Part shown: piece by piece, positions 9,064 through 19,537 of the stretch
Position numbering within the stretch: position 1 is the first letter of the stretch
Layout of the letters: the number at the start of each line of letters is the position of its first letter
Origin: Spirochaetia bacterium
Lineage (GTDB): Bacteria > Spirochaetota > Spirochaetia > UBA9216
DNA length: 64,000 bases
Direction of reading: 5' to 3'
Assembly: GCA_963675665.1 (NCBI GenBank)
Contig: OY776510.1
Span: 3,296,001 to 3,360,000, forward strand
Made by a program: the position numbers and the translations under genes
Notes under the pieces: generated by a model
The model's database searches: none
Seen by the model: the letters and a program-made list of their open reading frames with translations, nothing else
What the model was told of the DNA's origin: nothing

Positions 9064-10311
9064 TTAAATCTCGTTTGCAGTTTTAAGTATGCACTGGAGA
9101 AGTACATTCACACCGCGTTCACAGTCTTCGTACGGAGTGTCTTCTACCTCAACGTGGCTTCTTCCGTCGATGGACGGAACGAAGATCATTGCGCCGCGGG
9201 TGATCTGGTTTACTTCGCTCATGTCATGTCCGGCGCCGGAAACCATACGTTTGCAGCTGTACCCGAGTTCTTCGGAAGTCTCAACAACCCTGTCCCAGAG
9301 TATTTTGTCGAATGGTGCATGAGCAACCTTCCAGGTTTCTTCCGTTTTTATAGGACAACCGCGTCTTTCGGCGATTACTTCGAATTCTTTTTTCATCATT
9401 TCCCATGCTTTTATAGCATGATCATCATCCCAGGAACGGATATCAACTGTAAAGTGAACACCGTCCGGAATTATGTTTCTTGAATTCGGATAGTTCTGAA
9501 TTTCTCCTACAGTTCCAACCATATTACCCATCTGATGGGCAACCTTATTTACCACAATGTTCATTTCGGAAAAGGCAAGCAGAGCATCGTTTCTGCCAAT
9601 CATTGGAGTAGGGCCAACCTGGTTGGCTGTGCCTTCAAGCCAGATGTCGTACCAGTGCAGGCAGAGAATACCCTTGGGAGCCCCTATTTGGATTTTTTCA
9701 CGGTGAAGGACCGGGCCCTGTTCAATGTGCAGTTCATAGGCTGCGTAAATATCCCATTCCTTGTGTGATGCCGGGAATGTACCTTTATAACCGATTCTGT
9801 CGAGTTCTTCACCGAAAACGGTTTTACCGTCGCGGTCTTTTCTGGCATAAGCCCATTCTTTGGTATGATTGCCTACCCAAACGCCCGAACCCATACATGC
9901 AGGGGCAAACCAGCCGCCTTCTTCATTGGTCCAGTCAACAATAACAAGATCACGTTCAAGTTCGATTTTGTTCTCGTTGATAACCCGCATTACTTCGAGT
10001 GCGCCAAGGACCCCAAGGATTCCGTCAAACCTGCCTCCGGGACGCTGTGTGTCAAAGTGTGAGCCTGTCATAACTGCGCCTAGATTTGGGTTTTTACCCG
10101 AACGCCTGGCAAAAATGTTGCCCATTTCATCGATAATTACTTCACAACCACATTCCTTGTACCATTTAACCAGAAGGTCGCGGCCGATTTTGTCTTCATC
10201 GGTAGCTGCGCAACGGATAAGTCCGTTGTTCTCTGTTTTTCCGATTCTGGCAGACTCTTCTATAGTACTTTGCAGCCTGGCGCCGTCGACTCGTAATTCA
10301 TTTAACTCCAT
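9064..10311 (-). CDS. M20 Zn-dependent N-carbamoyl amidohydrolase (hydantoinase/carbamoylase family), paralog 2
   Basis: GSHFDT, GRFDG, WTNEEG, ELHIEQGP, SGAGHD. Confidence 0.88.
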   Translation of the reverse strand: MELNELRVDGARLQSTIEESARIGKTENNGLIRCAATDEDKIGRDLLVKWYKECGCEVIIDEMGNIFARRSGKNPNLGAVMTGSHFDTQRPGGRFDGILGVLGALEVMRVINENKIELERDLVIVDWTNEEGGWFAPACMGSGVWVGNHTKEWAYARKDRDGKTVFGEELDRIGYKGTFPASHKEWDIYAAYELHIEQGPVLHREKIQIGAPKGILCLHWYDIWLEGTANQVGPTPMIGRNDALLAFSEMNIVVNKVAHQMGNMVGTVGEIQNYPNSRNIIPDGVHFTVDIRSWDDDHAIKAWEMMKKEFEVIAERRGCPIKTEETWKVAHAPFDKILWDRVVETSEELGYSCKRMVSGAGHDMSEVNQITRGAMIFVPSIDGRSHVEVEDTPYEDCERGVNVLLQCILKTANEI

Positions 10312-10345
10312 ATTTAATCCCCTCTAATTATTATCTTTTATTGGT

Positions 10346-10375
10346 AATCTCTAAAAACTGCAGTTTTTAGAGATT
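10346..10375. repeat. REP-like palindrome, copy 3
   Basis: AATCTCTAAAAACTGCAGTTTTTAGAGATT, a perfect 30-bp palindrome lying between the two carbamoylase genes. Confidence 0.8.
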
Positions 10376-10387
10376 TACCTTAGCTTG

Positions 10388-11656
10388 TTATTCAGCATCA
10401 GCTTTGAGTACAGCATTCAACAGAACAGTAGCTCCTTCAGTACAGTGCTCAGGTGTGGAATATTCAGGTTCACAATGTGAAAGCCCATCTTTTGACTGAA
10501 CGAATATCATGGTTGTAGGCATCATATATGCGGCAAATTGAGCATCATGTCCGGCGCCTGAATGAAGAACCTGGTGAGAAATACCGGTTTCTTCAGCAGC
10601 CTCTTTAACAAATGAAAAAAGTTTTTTATCCCAGTAAACAGTGTCTCTGTTCCACATTTTTTCTACTTCACATTTGCATCCTGCCCATACTTTGTCTGCG
10701 CAGCTTTTAACAATCTCCAGAACCCTGTCTCTGAGTTCAGCGGATTCGTGGCGGCAGTCAATAGAAAAGTCGACGTAATCCGGAACACACGTATGAACAT
10801 TCGGATGACATACAATTTCGCCGGTTGTATAAACAAGTTCCGGATGTCCGAGTTTGTCAATTTCATTATGAAGGTAACAAATGACCTGTGAAGCGGCGAA
10901 AAGCGCATCCTGTCTTTTGTCCATGGGAAATGTACCTGCATGAACAGTTTGTCCGTAGAATCTCAACCTGTAGTTGAACATACCGAGAACACAGTCGACA
11001 ACACCTACATCTTTACCTGCATCTTCAAGAATCGGGCCCTGTTCAATATGTATTTCAAACATATTCATGTATTTGTCCTGGCTGAGCCTGTATTTCCTGT
11101 CGCCCTTGTAGTTGGAGTTGTCGAGAGCTTTACCGAAGGTCTCTGAAGGATCAAGAACGCTTTTGGATTTCATCATGTCTTCATATTTGAATTTTCCTTT
11201 TATATCTTCAGGAAGGTAATCGTAACAGACAATACCTGAAACCATCATTGCGGGAGGATACAGAGAACCTTCTTCATTTGTCCATATCATGGCCGTCAGC
11301 GGGTGTTTATGCGGTATGTTCTTTTCCGCTACAGTCTCAAGTACCTCCATTGCCGACATAACACCGAGAATCCCGTCATAGTTACCGCCGTTCTTGACGG
11401 AATCGGTATGAGAAGCCATTACTATTCTTTTTGCATCGGGATCGCTGCCCGGAAGTGTCGCGTACATATTTGCAACATCATCGATTTCGATTAAAGCACC
11501 TATTGCTTCCATTCTCTTCCTGAACTCTTCTCTTGCCAGAACATCCTCCGGTGATAAAGTATATCTTGTTATCCCGCCGTGTCCTGCATCACCGTATTTA
11601 CTCATGGTTGTGATTTTGTCAGTCATTCTTTCTATACTACATTCGTAAAGAGCCAT
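10388..11656 (-). CDS. M20 Zn-dependent hydrolase, probable beta-ureidopropionase, paralog 1
   Basis: ASHTDS, GNYDG, WTNEEG, HIEQGP, HAGT, SGAGHDAQ, GLSH. Confidence 0.88.
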   Translation of the reverse strand: MALYECSIERMTDKITTMSKYGDAGHGGITRYTLSPEDVLAREEFRKRMEAIGALIEIDDVANMYATLPGSDPDAKRIVMASHTDSVKNGGNYDGILGVMSAMEVLETVAEKNIPHKHPLTAMIWTNEEGSLYPPAMMVSGIVCYDYLPEDIKGKFKYEDMMKSKSVLDPSETFGKALDNSNYKGDRKYRLSQDKYMNMFEIHIEQGPILEDAGKDVGVVDCVLGMFNYRLRFYGQTVHAGTFPMDKRQDALFAASQVICYLHNEIDKLGHPELVYTTGEIVCHPNVHTCVPDYVDFSIDCRHESAELRDRVLEIVKSCADKVWAGCKCEVEKMWNRDTVYWDKKLFSFVKEAAEETGISHQVLHSGAGHDAQFAAYMMPTTMIFVQSKDGLSHCEPEYSTPEHCTEGATVLLNAVLKADAE

Positions 11657-11682
11657 ATATATTATCCTCCTGGAAAGTTAAA

Positions 11683-11740
11683 ATGTTTGCCTTAACATTT
11701 GATTAATAAACATCTTAACAGATAAATTTATATATTGCAA
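11683..11740 (-). promoter_or_regulatory. Promoter plus operator of the carbamoylase pair
   Basis: Minus strand TTGCAA-17nt-TAAGAT, followed by ATGTTAAGGCAAACAT (11683-11698). Confidence 0.55.
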
Positions 11741-11879
11741 ATAAAAATTTTATAATGGCTTTTCAATGAAGTAGAATACAGATAACGGCATTTTGCTGCC
11801 ATGAATAATATGCTAAAACAACTTGACTATTGACTGACCGGCAGATTAGTCTGAAAACATAACCAGTCAGGAGGATCGG

Positions 11880-14846
11880 ATGAAATTCAGGGAATTACGG
11901 TACTACTATGAGAAATTCAAGTACGGCGAAGACAATTTTCACAATTTAATGCAGTATCGGGTGAAAGAAATTCTTCTGATATCCACGTTTTACGATGCAT
12001 ATATTTTTGAACACGATTCATTATTGTCTGAACAGATAGTAGGCGAATATCATCAGCTGAACCTGACTACAGTTCCGCGAATAACATCGGTACCGACGGG
12101 CGAGGAAGCCTTAAAATTGCTGAAAGGCAAACATTTTGATCTGGTAATTACTACAATGAGAACCGGAGAAGCAAACACATTCGAGCTTTCAAGAAAAATA
12201 AAGGAGCTGCATAAAAACCTTCCGGTAATCCTGATGCTTACGGTAAAATCTGATATTGCAATTATAAAAAAGAACAGAAGCAGGCTTGACTGTATTGAGA
12301 ATGTATTTCTCTGGAACGGGGATTCAAGGCTGATACTTGCAATGATTAAATATATCGAAGACAAGAAAAATGCACCGTATGATACCGATAACGGGTTGGT
12401 GAAGGTCATTCTTCTGGTTGAAGATTCGATAAATTTTATTTCAATTTATCTGCCGCTTCTATATACAGAGATTATGGAACAGACACAGCGGCTGATTTCA
12501 GAAGAACTGAATGACAACCAGAAATACAACAGGATGCGAACAAGACCCAAAGTCCTTGTTACAGATAATTATGAAGAGGGAATGAGGCTTGCCAGGAAAT
12601 ACGGAGAACACCTTTTATGCGTAATGTCGGATATGGAGTTTTATCGCAAAGATGTACTTGATGATGAAGCCGGAGTCAAATTTATAAGCGAAATAAAAAA
12701 AGAAAATCCTGATATGCCTTGCATACTTCAGTCTTCGGTTCTGAACAACAGAAGACTGGCTGAAAGTCTGGGAGTAACCTTTTTTCATAAACAATCCCAG
12801 TTTCTGTTAAAGGATCTAAGAAACTTTATTGTTGAAAATCTCGGATTTGGAGATCTTGTCTTTAGGGATGAGCAGGGAGGAGAGATTGCAAGAGCAAAGA
12901 AGCTGGCGGATTTTGAAAGGATAATTCCCAATTTGCCTATGGAGGTGATACTTCATCACACAAGGCAGAAAGATTTTTCAACGTGGCTTATAGCTCACGG
13001 CGAGATGCAGCTTGCCAAAAAGATCAGACCGGTGGAAGCCGAGGATTTTGAGACTAATGAACAATACCAGGAATTCCTTGCCGTGCAGTTCAGAAACCTG
13101 AGAAAGATGCGAAACAGGGGGAAAATTGTATCACTCAATCGTGAAAGTATCAAACAGGACGGTGTTATAACCCGAATTGATTCCGGCTCTCTCGGCGGGA
13201 AAGGCCGTGGCCTGGCTTTTTTTAATTCCTTTCTTGTGACGACAGAATTCGAAACGGGTTTTAAAAGTGCGAAGGTAAAAATACCTCAGACTACAATTAT
13301 ATGTACGAACGGATTTAACGATTTTGTAAGAACGAATAATTTGTTTGAATTGCGAAATTGTGATGACGATGATGAAATAAAACGAAGGTTTATTAAAGGA
13401 CGTCTTTCTGAGTCGATTGTAGAAAAGCTTCGAATTTACCTTGAAGAGATTAATGTTCCGATTGCGGTCCGTTCTTCAGGTCTGCTTGAAGACTCACAGT
13501 CTCAGCCGTTTGCCGGGGTTTATCAGACATATATGCTTCCAAATAATAATGATGATATAGAAGATCGGCTGGTACAGTTGGTGAACGCGGTTAAACTGGT
13601 TTATTCATCAGTGTTTCTGAATGATACCAGAAAATATATAGATAATCTGAATTACATAATCGAAGAAGAAAGCATGGCTGTTGTGATACAGGAAATTGTA
13701 GGGCAGAGGTACGAAGACTACTATTATCCCCATTTGTCCGGGGTAGGTCAGTCATATAATTATTACCCGATTGGGAATATGGTTAATCAGGACGGCGTTG
13801 CGTCTATTGCCGTTGGACTTGGACAGTCTGTAGTTGAAGGTGAGAGGAATTTTCGTTTTTGTCCCGAATATCCGACCGTCAATTATCTGGCGGATGAAGA
13901 AATAATAAAATCGACCCAGACAGAATTTTATGCTGTTGATCTAAGCAGAAAGAATTTTAATATTCTCAAGGGAGAATTTGAAACTCTTGCAAAATTGAGA
14001 ATGTTTAAAGCTGAAAATCATAAAAACCTTTATCATATGGCTTCGGTTTGGGATCAGGACAATCATAGAATAGTCGACGGTATAGGAATGCCCGGACCGC
14101 GAATAGTTAATTTTGCAAATATTCTGAAATATAATGTTTTTCCGCTGTCGGAAATTGTAAAAAAAGTTTTGGAGATGGCCCAGGTCGCGCTCGGAATCCC
14201 TGTAGAAATTGAATTTGCCGTTGATTTAACAAAAAACGAAAACGAGGGAGTTTATCCTGTTTTTTATCTTCTTCAGGTAAGACCCATGACAGTTAATTTT
14301 GAAGACTCGCTGATTGATATGGAAAGCATAGATGAAGAAGATATGCTTCTGTACACTGAGGAAGGATTGGGAAACGGTACAGTTGATGATGTTTATGATA
14401 TTGTTTTTATTGATCCCGACAGATTTGATAAAACGAAAACACCTGAAATGTGCCTTGAGATAGATAAAATCAATACGATGCTGAAGCAGCAAAACAGGGA
14501 ATATATACTAATCGGGCCCGGAAGGTGGGGTACAAGAGACAGGTTCCTGGGAATTCCTGTAATGTGGTCGCAGATAAGCAAGGCCAAGATTATAGTGGAA
14601 GTTGGGCTAAAAGATTATGAGATCGAACCCTCTCAGGGCACGCATTTTTTTCACAATGTTATTGCCATGAATATAGGGTATTTTAATGTTCCTTACACGA
14701 AAAAAAAGAAATCATTTATTGACTGGAATCACATTAAAAGCGTTAAGGGCGCAACAAACTATGATTATTTTACACATATTGTGAGTGATAAGCCATATAA
14801 AGTTATTATGGATGGAAAGAACAGAAAGTCAATCATATGTAAGTGA
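11880..14846 (+). CDS. Receiver-like domains fused to a PEP synthase/PPDK N-terminal ATP-grasp domain (gdhA-associated, uncharacterised)
   Basis: Receiver-like strands FDLVIT and VILLVEDS. PPDK_N motifs GSLGGKGRGL, AVRSS, EDS, FAG, EIEFA, LLQVRP. C-terminal GPGRWG and SQGTHFF. No PEP/pyruvate TIM barrel. Confidence 0.8.
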   Translation: MKFRELRYYYEKFKYGEDNFHNLMQYRVKEILLISTFYDAYIFEHDSLLSEQIVGEYHQLNLTTVPRITSVPTGEEALKLLKGKHFDLVITTMRTGEANTFELSRKIKELHKNLPVILMLTVKSDIAIIKKNRSRLDCIENVFLWNGDSRLILAMIKYIEDKKNAPYDTDNGLVKVILLVEDSINFISIYLPLLYTEIMEQTQRLISEELNDNQKYNRMRTRPKVLVTDNYEEGMRLARKYGEHLLCVMSDMEFYRKDVLDDEAGVKFISEIKKENPDMPCILQSSVLNNRRLAESLGVTFFHKQSQFLLKDLRNFIVENLGFGDLVFRDEQGGEIARAKKLADFERIIPNLPMEVILHHTRQKDFSTWLIAHGEMQLAKKIRPVEAEDFETNEQYQEFLAVQFRNLRKMRNRGKIVSLNRESIKQDGVITRIDSGSLGGKGRGLAFFNSFLVTTEFETGFKSAKVKIPQTTIICTNGFNDFVRTNNLFELRNCDDDDEIKRRFIKGRLSESIVEKLRIYLEEINVPIAVRSSGLLEDSQSQPFAGVYQTYMLPNNNDDIEDRLVQLVNAVKLVYSSVFLNDTRKYIDNLNYIIEEESMAVVIQEIVGQRYEDYYYPHLSGVGQSYNYYPIGNMVNQDGVASIAVGLGQSVVEGERNFRFCPEYPTVNYLADEEIIKSTQTEFYAVDLSRKNFNILKGEFETLAKLRMFKAENHKNLYHMASVWDQDNHRIVDGIGMPGPRIVNFANILKYNVFPLSEIVKKVLEMAQVALGIPVEIEFAVDLTKNENEGVYPVFYLLQVRPMTVNFEDSLIDMESIDEEDMLLYTEEGLGNGTVDDVYDIVFIDPDRFDKTKTPEMCLEIDKINTMLKQQNREYILIGPGRWGTRDRFLGIPVMWSQISKAKIIVEVGLKDYEIEPSQGTHFFHNVIAMNIGYFNVPYTKKKKSFIDWNHIKSVKGATNYDYFTHIVSDKPYKVIMDGKNRKSIICK

Positions 14847-14886
14847 TATGTCAGATCAAGGTTATTGTGAAAACAGAAACTAATTA

Positions 14887-14915
14887 TTGACAACACCAAA
14901 CTAGTGCCATATAGT
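14887..14915 (+). promoter_or_regulatory. sigma70 promoter of gdhA
   Basis: TTGACA-17nt-TATAGT. Confidence 0.7.
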
Positions 14916-14961
14916 ATGACCTATAAAATTTTACGTTAATATACGTAATGGAGGTCAGTAA

Positions 14962-16308
<1,347 letters not shown>

Positions 16309-16340
16309 TAATGTATTAAAATACATTCTTCTTTCAATCC

Positions 16341-16369
16341 GGGCTGCTGTGAAAACAGCAGCCCTTTTT
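16341..16369 (+). terminator. Intrinsic terminator between converging gdhA and pduL
   Basis: GGGCTGCTGT-gaaa-ACAGCAGCCC-TTTTT. Confidence 0.85.
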
Positions 16370-16371
16370 GT

Positions 16372-16944
16372 TTAAAGAAGCAATTCAACTTTCTGGAAAT
16401 CTGCGATGCCGGCAGCATGGCCTTCATCAAAGTCGACATGCATTTCTAGAGCCTGATCATCACCGGCTTTTATCACAACCTCGTTAAAAACAAGGCTTCT
16501 GGGACCGGGTACCCTGACGCTTACAATATCACCCGTTGAAAGGCCCAGCCTTTCAGCATCGGAAGAATGCATATGAATGTGCCGCAATGCGGCAATCAGA
16601 CCTTCTTCAAGTTCCAGGGGCCCTGCCGGGCCGATTACTTCTATGCCTGAACTCCCGGCAATATTACCGGACAGCCGCAACGGGGCGGTAACGCCCAGCG
16701 TAAGAGTATTTGTAATAGACACTTCTGCCTGGGTATAAGGACGTTCGGGGCCTACAACTACCACATGGTCTATGCGGCCGTTGGGGCCGACAAGTGAAAC
16801 AGTTTCCCTGCAGGCAAACTGACCGGGTATGGTGAGATCTCTTGATTTTGTAAGTTGATATCCTTTTCCGAAGAGAATTTCAACATCTGATCTTTTAAGA
16901 TGGATATGTGCATCGGAACGGGCAATAGGAAGTTTGAATTCCAT
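16372..16944 (-). CDS. pduL: PduL-family phosphotransacylase, divergent, no encapsulation peptide
   Basis: Two HxH motifs (HIHL, RHIHM), PGQFA, GPxR, LEMHVD. Overlaps the ygeW stop (TAATG). Confidence 0.8.
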   Translation of the reverse strand: MEFKLPIARSDAHIHLKRSDVEILFGKGYQLTKSRDLTIPGQFACRETVSLVGPNGRIDHVVVVGPERPYTQAEVSITNTLTLGVTAPLRLSGNIAGSSGIEVIGPAGPLELEEGLIAALRHIHMHSSDAERLGLSTGDIVSVRVPGPRSLVFNEVVIKAGDDQALEMHVDFDEGHAAGIADFQKVELLL

Positions 16945-18140
16945 TATAAAAACCTCCTGCCTGCATTTTTTGAAAGCTGATGCAATTTTTCAGCCGGATT
17001 GGATATTTTACGCAGGAAAATCATTGCCGCTATGATGTAAGGTTTATAGGAAGCTTCTCTGTAAGTCAGGTTTCGGTATTTATCAAAAACATTTGCAGAA
17101 ACTTCTCCGTTTTTGCAGCTGATGCCGGAGATGTCTGCAGGAAGGCAGTGAAGATATAATGCATCTCCGTTTTTTGTCTTCTGCATGAGATTTTCATCAC
17201 ACTCCCAGTCGGTAAACTCCGCATTCTGGGCAAGGCACTGTTTTTCAAGTTGAACAAGTCCAGCAGTGTCGCCGGATTTTAAAAGTTCGGTGCGTTGCTG
17301 CATTACGCTGAAGGGAGCCCAGCTTTTTGGGTAGACAATATCGGCATCCTTAAAAGCATCCTGCATTGAATCTGTTTTTGTAAAAGCAGCTCCGGACTCC
17401 CTGCAGAACGCGGCTGCTATCTCTTCAGTTTCCGGAATCAGGCTGTAGCCGGGCGGGTGGGCAAGGGTAACATCCATACCGAAGCGGCTCATCAGGGCTA
17501 TGGCCCCCTGGGGAACGGAAAGAGGCTTTCCGTATGACGGGGAATATGCCCAGCTCATTACAAGTTTTTTCCCTTTAAGTTTTTCAACTCCGCCGAAATG
17601 ATTAATAAGATGAAGGGTGTCCGCCATGACCTGGGTGGGGTGATCAAGATCACACTGAAGGTTGACCATGGCCGGACGGGAAGGCAGAAGCCCTTCAGAA
17701 AAATCTTCGTCAAGAGAATCTGCAACCTCTTTCATGTAGGTATGGCCTTCACCGATATACATATCGTCGCGTATTCCGATTGCTTCGGTAAGAAAAGAAA
17801 TCATGCAGGCTGTTTCTCTTACAGTTTCGCCGTGAGCAATCTGGGACTTCTTTTCGTCAAGCTCCTGTACGGCAAGGCCAAGCAGGTTTGCAGCGCTTGC
17901 ATAAGAAAAACGGGTACGGGTTGAATTATCCCTGAAAATGGAAACGGCCAACCCGGAATCGAATATTCTAGGAGAAACATTGGACTCTCTGAGAAGCCTG
18001 AGAGCATCAGCTGTCTTCAAAACAGTCGATATTTCGTCATCGGTCTGTTCCCAGCTTAACAAAAAATCTTTCTGCGACATATCTATGGTATTCAGTGATG
18101 CTATATCATCTATCAGTTCATTCAATTTGTTATCAGACAT
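16944..18140 (-). CDS. ygeW: YgeW-type knotted carbamoyltransferase
   Basis: FRDNSTRT, SQIAHGETVRETA, IGIRDD, DHPTQ, WAYSPSYGKPLSVPQG, YPKSW, HCLPAD. Confidence 0.92.
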   Translation of the reverse strand: MSDNKLNELIDDIASLNTIDMSQKDFLLSWEQTDDEISTVLKTADALRLLRESNVSPRIFDSGLAVSIFRDNSTRTRFSYASAANLLGLAVQELDEKKSQIAHGETVRETACMISFLTEAIGIRDDMYIGEGHTYMKEVADSLDEDFSEGLLPSRPAMVNLQCDLDHPTQVMADTLHLINHFGGVEKLKGKKLVMSWAYSPSYGKPLSVPQGAIALMSRFGMDVTLAHPPGYSLIPETEEIAAAFCRESGAAFTKTDSMQDAFKDADIVYPKSWAPFSVMQQRTELLKSGDTAGLVQLEKQCLAQNAEFTDWECDENLMQKTKNGDALYLHCLPADISGISCKNGEVSANVFDKYRNLTYREASYKPYIIAAMIFLRKISNPAEKLHQLSKNAGRRFL

Positions 18141-18161
18141 TTAAATTACCTCCGTATATAA

Positions 18162-19535
18162 TCATAGTTTATCCGTCAGTTTTGATGCAATCCGGTTTAC
18201 TTCCACAGTCAGCTTTTCTTCATCGAAACAGGCCAGGGAGCCTTCTCTTACAGTAACATGACCGTTTACAATGGTGTATTCGGTCTGATGATTGTAACCG
18301 CAGAACAGCAGGGCCGCAAGCGGATCAGAAAGAGCACCGGCGTATCCGAGGCTGTCAAGGTTGAATACGGCAATATCGGCGGCATAGCCGGGTCTTATAA
18401 ATCCGCATTCAGGGAAGCCGAGTATATCCGCGCCCCCGGCCGATGCTATACTGAAAGCCTGTTCTACAGACATGGCTGATGCTCCGCCGGAAACCCTCTG
18501 CAAAAGCATTGCATTTCTTGCTTCGGCCAGCATGTCTGAGCTGTCGTTTGAAGCCGAGCCGTCAACAGCCAGGGAAACCCTGATGCCGAGTTCCAGCATC
18601 TCTCGAATACGGGCTATACCGGAACCCAGTCTCATGTTTGAGGACGGACAGTGACTGATTCCGCAACCTTCGTTTTTAAGAACCTGTAATTCTTCATCAT
18701 TAAAATGGATTCCGTGGGCGAAAAAAACGTCCGGTCCCGTAAATCCGCATTCCTGCATCAGTTCAAGAGGCCTGCATCCGTAGAGTTTGCTGCATGAGTC
18801 GTTTTCATCGCCGGTTTCGGCAAGGTGCGTATGAAGTATGGCTTTGTGCTTTCTGGCAAGATCAGCGCTGTCTTTCATGAGCTGCCTGGTTACGGAAAAC
18901 GGGCTGCATGGAGCAAGGACTACACGCCGCATTGAAAACCGGCCGGGATCATGAAACTCATTTAAAACGCGTTCACAGTCTTTTAAAATACTATCCTCAT
19001 CCTGTACTACGGAATCAGGCGGCAGTCCGCCGTCTTTTTTGCTGCGCGACATTGACCCGCGGGTGGGTGAAAATCGTATTCCGAGTTTTTCGGCGGCTTC
19101 AAACTGAATAGCCATTATGTCACCGTCAAAGCCGGAAGGATAAAGATAATGATGATCAGAACTGCAGGTACAGCCTGTCTTCATTAATTCTCCGATGGCG
19201 GCAAGGCTGGAATAGTAAACGGCCTCGGCATCGATGTTTTTCCATATTTCATAAAGATAAACAAGCCAGTTGAACAATTCCGCATTCTGAACAGCAGGAA
19301 GATTGCGGGTAAGAATCTGGTAAAAATGATGATGTGTATTTATCATTCCGGGAATAACAATATGAGAAGAGCAGTCGATAATTTCACAGATTCCGCCCGC
19401 CCGGCAGTTGTCTTTATGGGATTTATCTGATGCATCGGTAATTTTCTCTATGATATTGTCCCTGATAATAATATTTTTATTATAAAGACGTTCAGTTCCG
19501 TCATAAACGCAGAAACAGTTTTCCAGTACTATCAT
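18162..19535 (-). CDS. 8-oxoguanine deaminase-like amidohydrolase
   Basis: NTHHHFYQ, SDHHY, PCSPFS, HTHLAET, VDGSASND, the signature set of 8-oxoguanine/isoxanthopterin deaminases. Confidence 0.8.
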   Translation of the reverse strand: MIVLENCFCVYDGTERLYNKNIIIRDNIIEKITDASDKSHKDNCRAGGICEIIDCSSHIVIPGMINTHHHFYQILTRNLPAVQNAELFNWLVYLYEIWKNIDAEAVYYSSLAAIGELMKTGCTCSSDHHYLYPSGFDGDIMAIQFEAAEKLGIRFSPTRGSMSRSKKDGGLPPDSVVQDEDSILKDCERVLNEFHDPGRFSMRRVVLAPCSPFSVTRQLMKDSADLARKHKAILHTHLAETGDENDSCSKLYGCRPLELMQECGFTGPDVFFAHGIHFNDEELQVLKNEGCGISHCPSSNMRLGSGIARIREMLELGIRVSLAVDGSASNDSSDMLAEARNAMLLQRVSGGASAMSVEQAFSIASAGGADILGFPECGFIRPGYAADIAVFNLDSLGYAGALSDPLAALLFCGYNHQTEYTIVNGHVTVREGSLACFDEEKLTVEVNRIASKLTDKL

Positions 19536-19537
19536 GG

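Noticed and set aside
4963-10375. The three palindromes as a CRISPR array or integron attC sites
   Set aside because: The copies are kilobases apart with whole housekeeping genes between them in mixed orientations. There is no cas or integrase gene, and no RYYYAAC/GTTRRRY ends.
16372-16944. Bacterial microcompartment locus suggested by pduL
   Set aside because: No shell-protein genes in the window and no N-terminal encapsulation peptide.
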